Part shown: in pieces, positions 59,976 to 64,000 of the stretch
Layout: each line of letters opens with the position of its first letter
Numbering within the stretch: the stretch's first letter is position 1
Notes under the pieces: model-generated
Told to the model about the DNA's origin: nothing
Database searches by the model: none
What the model saw: the letters and a program-made list of their open reading frames with translations, nothing else
Origin: Massalongia carnosa
Lineage: Eukaryota
NCBI GenBank assembly: GCA_965645245.1
Contig: OZ287070.1
Coordinates: forward strand, 868,001 to 932,000
Length of the DNA stretch: 64,000 nt
Direction of reading: 5' to 3'
Position numbers and translations under genes: made by a program

Positions 59976-62900
59976 TCATCCCAATTCCCCAAACATGCCT
60001 GGCGCCGCTTGCATAATATGATAGAAACCATCATCGTCCATGATGCTCAAATCGCTTTCTCCTAGCGTCATACTAATCGCCTGTTCCAAACCTGCATGCA
60101 GCCCGTGAAGGTCGGGGTGATATGTAACGTCCAACCCAGCAAGCGAGGCCTGGTAGTAACTCTCCGTCGCATAAGGATTCGTTGCTGCCATCTGATGAGG
60201 GGTAGAATATGGAGGAGGATCAGCGTGGGCATTATACCCGTAAAAAGCGCCATCCGCTTCGTTATGAGGTTGGAGCGAGTGATGGCCGTTGGGAACCGAG
60301 TTGCCCATCGCGACCTCGCTGAGCAGATGTAGAGCGCGGTCACCTATTGTAGTTGAATGTGCGGATGAGGAGGCGCGCTGCAAGGGAGGAGGAGGAGGAG
60401 GTTGGTCTGTTGTGGGGGAAGCGCGCAGGGGGAAATTATCGCCTTCAACTTGCATTTTGCGGTATTCCTGCCGTGAAGAATAACGTTCGGTATCAATAGG
60501 ACGAGCGTCGATCCTAGCTAGAGTTTCGTCCGCGAGGCCCGTTTTGCCCTCCCTTGAACGCTCGAAATTGGATTGCAGCAACACAAGCAGGATGGAAAGT
60601 TGGCGAGCCGGATGACATTTCCCCTCAGCTGCGCCGGCCCAGAGCAACTTGATGAGGCAGCCCAAGTAATGTTCCACTTTCATGTCGTCGCTTGAAATGA
60701 CTTTTCCCAGCGCGGACTCCGGCGTTATTGCAGAATAGTACATTCTTATCAGCAGGACACTGGCACGGGCTAGCCGAGCAAAATGAAAGACAGGCAGAGT
60801 TCGAATATCCAAAGCGGCAAATCTGAGGAATGTGTCGAATATTCCGTGAATCGAGGTTAGGCAGGTAGTCAAGGCACCAATATGTGCTGGTGGAAGTAGT
60901 TCACTCTGGGTTTCATGGTGCCTATTTGTCCCGTTGGGTTGAGAGGCTTGGGAATTCTCAAGGCCTTGGTCTAGGGGCATTGCGAAGTCATGCATGTACA
61001 GGTTGACGACATGGAATCCGAGCTGCAAAGTAGCTGTAAAAGAATTAGCTCTATGCATTCCGCATGATTTACATTGCCACAAAGTATCGACCATGAGAAC
61101 TGCTTCTTGAAAAGACAGACTTACGCGAGACAATCTCCATCAGCTTCTGCTTCTCCCAATAATCAATCATCTGCCGCTCAAACCCTTTGAGTGAGTATTG
61201 AATTTTCTGGTCCGAGAAGTCAACGTGGCACCCTTCATCTGTTGATATCTGGGCCCCAAGATCATCCGCTAGGCGTTGCAGTTTGACCCATTGACAAAAG
61301 GTTTTATCGGATGGCAAAGCTTCTTTGGAAGTCTCCAGCTCATGAAGGCAGTCGTCCATGTAAGGTGTCCAGCGGGTAAGATTTTGGCGTCTTGATCCCA
61401 TAGCCGCGCTGTCCATCATTAAGATCAGCTAGGAACTTTAAGGTAAGGTAAAAGATGACGGATCTTTGTAGAAATTCCCTTTGCGCCACATAGTCAAGAC
61501 GAGGAGCGAAGACCTACTTTGCGCATAGAAAATAGCAGCCCAGCCACGCTCGTTTGCTATCAATCGTGTTCTTAACAGCGAGCTCCGACTTTGCACGTGA
61601 GTCGTCCTTCCAAAGTTCAAGAAATCGCTCCTTGTTGGTCTTGGTTCGGGTTGAGATTCCCAGCTCAATGCCCATGGTGGCTGCCATATGGATAAGCTGG
61701 TAAAAATTTGCATCCTTGCTATACCAGGTAGTCGAAACCTGAAGGGCTTGAATGAGCTCGAGGGACCTCTCGTGCTTACAGATAAGACGATCCGCATATG
61801 CTCTTAATATTTCTCGTGTGAGAGTACCCTGATGTTGTGGGTAGTCTTGGGCGGAAGCGACGCTCAAAATTGCAAGGAAAAGGGTAGGCTTGGTTTTTCG
61901 TATTCTGCCGGCTGTGACATCCGACGGAAACACGACAATGGGCATATGAGGCGCCATGTTGGAGGTGTAGTACGAAAAGATTTTAGCAGCAGTCGCTGCA
62001 TCAAGGATTTTCCTATCGATGATGTCTGCATACTCATGAATTGGAGCTATAGAGTTCGCCATGATGCTGCTGGATGCACCCGACTTGGATGTTTCAGTCA
62101 TGAAACGGGAGTTAATATTCCCTGGATCGGGGGACTTTTTTAAGGGCCTCTTTATGATGAAGTCGTTCCTGATCGACAGTCTGTTACTGTCGGAGGTCGG
62201 TTCTTCTTCTTCTTGAGGTTCTGACCTCCGTCTCTTCAAATTAGCGGAAACTCCAGGCAAATTTCTAACCTTTTGCCGATTCCTTTCCATCGATTTATTT
62301 TGATATCGAGAATGAGGATGAAGATTGCCCGCAGTCTCCACACCCTGGTCCAGCATGCTTTGTGTACGCTCACGACGGATCTTGAATCGGCTGGGCGAAT
62401 CAACATGCTGTAAGTACTCCTCGTTATCTCCTTCATCATTGCTCCCGCTTGTTAGCTCGTCTTTGCTTGCATGCAAAATCGCTTCCAATCCGTTAATCTT
62501 CTTTTCCAACTCTGCAACCCGACTGTCTGTTTTCTTCTGTCTTTTGCGACTTGGGGCTGTAACCACACAAACCCGACCTGCCTTGGCACAGCGTCTGCAT
62601 GTTCCCTTCACTGGATCTGGATCACATTTGACTTTCAGTCCTCGGCAGGTTTCACAAGCGCGAGGTCGTTTTGACTCGGGATTACATCCATCGCTCGGCT
62701 GCGAAGCAACGAAGAGGTTGTCGTGAGGATGAAGGTCTGGTGGAGGCAAAGCATGCGCTTGAGACTCCGTCCGCAGAGAATAGTACGGCAAAGGCCCTTC
62801 CTGTGACCAGGGTGGCAGCGAGTTATGATGTTGAGCTTGATGTTGGTGCTGGTGCTGTAGCTGTTGTTGTTGTTGCTGCTGCTGCGGAGGCGGCAGTCTG

Positions 62901-63010
62901 ATGGGATTGAGAGGATAAGCGGACGGAGGTGGCAAGATGGAGTAAGGCTGGGACGTGGCTTGAACAGGCTCACGAAGTCGGGGATCGATATCACCTCGAT
63001 CGATATCCAT
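59976..63010 (-). CDS. Zn(II)2Cys6 transcription factor with polyQ/QH tract (War1/PriB-like), 3 exons
   Basis: RACETCRGLKVKCDPDPVKGTCRRCAKAGRVC; KRAWLGCYFLC; WTPYMDDC. Confidence 0.9.
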
Positions 63011-63752
63011 AATCCAGGGTTAGTAGGTAGGCCTTCGCAGTTTGTTTCCCTATGTTTTTTTTTTGTTGGAATGGTCGGAGAAACGTGATGGAACGGAAGG
63101 GCGGTCTTCGGTGGAAGAAGAAGCCGCTCGGAAGATTTGTCTCCCGAGCTCTCCCGCGCGGCCGCCTTCCTCTTACTAGCTAGTTTAGTTAATCCAATCG
63201 CGAGATATTGCGTCATTTTGTGGTTAGCACCGTGCACGTCAGGTACTTCGTACTCGGTACTTCGTACTCGGTAGAGAAATGTAACACAGCTCGCACGTGA
63301 CACGCGACATTCCACGAGCTCAATGCTGACCAATAACACTTATCCTTCAGCATCGTGTGAAAAAGACCCTGTTCAATCTGATTGACACATCGATACGCTA
63401 ACACCAGTATAAAACCCAGGATTTTACGTTGGGACTAAAAAATGACGCGCAGCGCCAATCCATCGGAGCGTCTGCATCCCGACATGCCGCCGTCCCGATG
63501 TCATGGAGTGGAGTGCGATTTGAAGGCCGAATCACGGTGAAATGGGCCCCATGAAAGCGGATAACTAGCCTAGAAAGGACGCGAGTGTTTTCCATCCATA
63601 TTCCTCCCCCATGAGATGATGAGCTGCTGGGAACTTGACTAGCTAGCTGCATGCACCAAGGTCCCCACAACCCAAGGAAGGGAAAGATCCCCCATTTATG
63701 CCGAGCCCTTCAATGAGAAAGAAAATTACTCCACGTCCCTATCCCCAGACCC

Positions 63753-64000
63753 TCAGAGCCCACCCTCATTTCCCTCCGCCCTTGCCTCATGCGGTACGTT
63801 GATATCCGCCCTTACCTCCTCGATCTCCTCCCCTAGCCGCTCATACTCTCTCCCGTAATCGTCCCGAAACTTCATCGCCTCCTGCAGGTAGAACCCCCAC
63901 GTGTAGAGATCCTGTAACCGCTCGTTGGCATCCGGCTGCTCCCATGCGCTCTGAAGGTGTGCGCGGAAAGGATTGATCTGTGCGTTGGCGCTCACGAAAA
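63753..64000 (-). CDS. 3' end of an unidentified gene running off the window
   Basis: Open frame with protein-like composition from the window edge to TGA at 63753; no recognisable motif. Confidence 0.45.
   Translation of the reverse strand, partial: FVSANAQINPFRAHLQSAWEQPDANERLQDLYTWGFYLQEAMKFRDDYGREYERLGEEIEEVRADINVPHEARAEGNEGGL

Noticed and set aside
62635..63339. 234-aa ORF overlapping the start of the Zn2Cys6 gene in another frame
   Set aside because: No protein motif, includes promoter-type GTACTTCGTACTCG repeats, and the TSS is unknown; probably a shadow frame.

Overview
Eukaryotic DNA from a filamentous ascomycete (Pezizomycotina, inferred from short GT-AG introns with CTRAY branch sites, Zn2Cys6 factors and Fot1/MULE elements). 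Mostly ordinary intron-containing genes: STI1 (5'-partial), tricalbin, UGP1, a LicD/MNN4-like gene, two Zn2Cys6 factors, a Munc13-like C2 protein, NDUFB8, SWR1, RTA1, a CYT-4/DSS1-like RNase II, MOCS2A/cnxG, an amidase, a MARVEL-like protein, a LaeA-like methyltransferase and a GFA/CENP-V gene. Accessory DNA: a complete but inactivated MULE (TIRs plus 8-bp TSD), an apparently intact Fot1/pogo element, a frameshifted Tc1 (DD34E) element, a 221-bp MITE-like element, and a decaying islet with ADH and SDR pseudogenes around an intact RTA1. Best leads: a probable alternative first exon in the long UGP1 intron that would drop the N-terminal regulatory Ser, a candidate structured ncRNA near 54.24-54.43 kb beside TTTAGGG repeats, and a MULE intron that looks born from tandem duplication of exon sequence. 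I found no clear-cut novel multi-gene system. All calls are by eye; no searches or folding programs were run.
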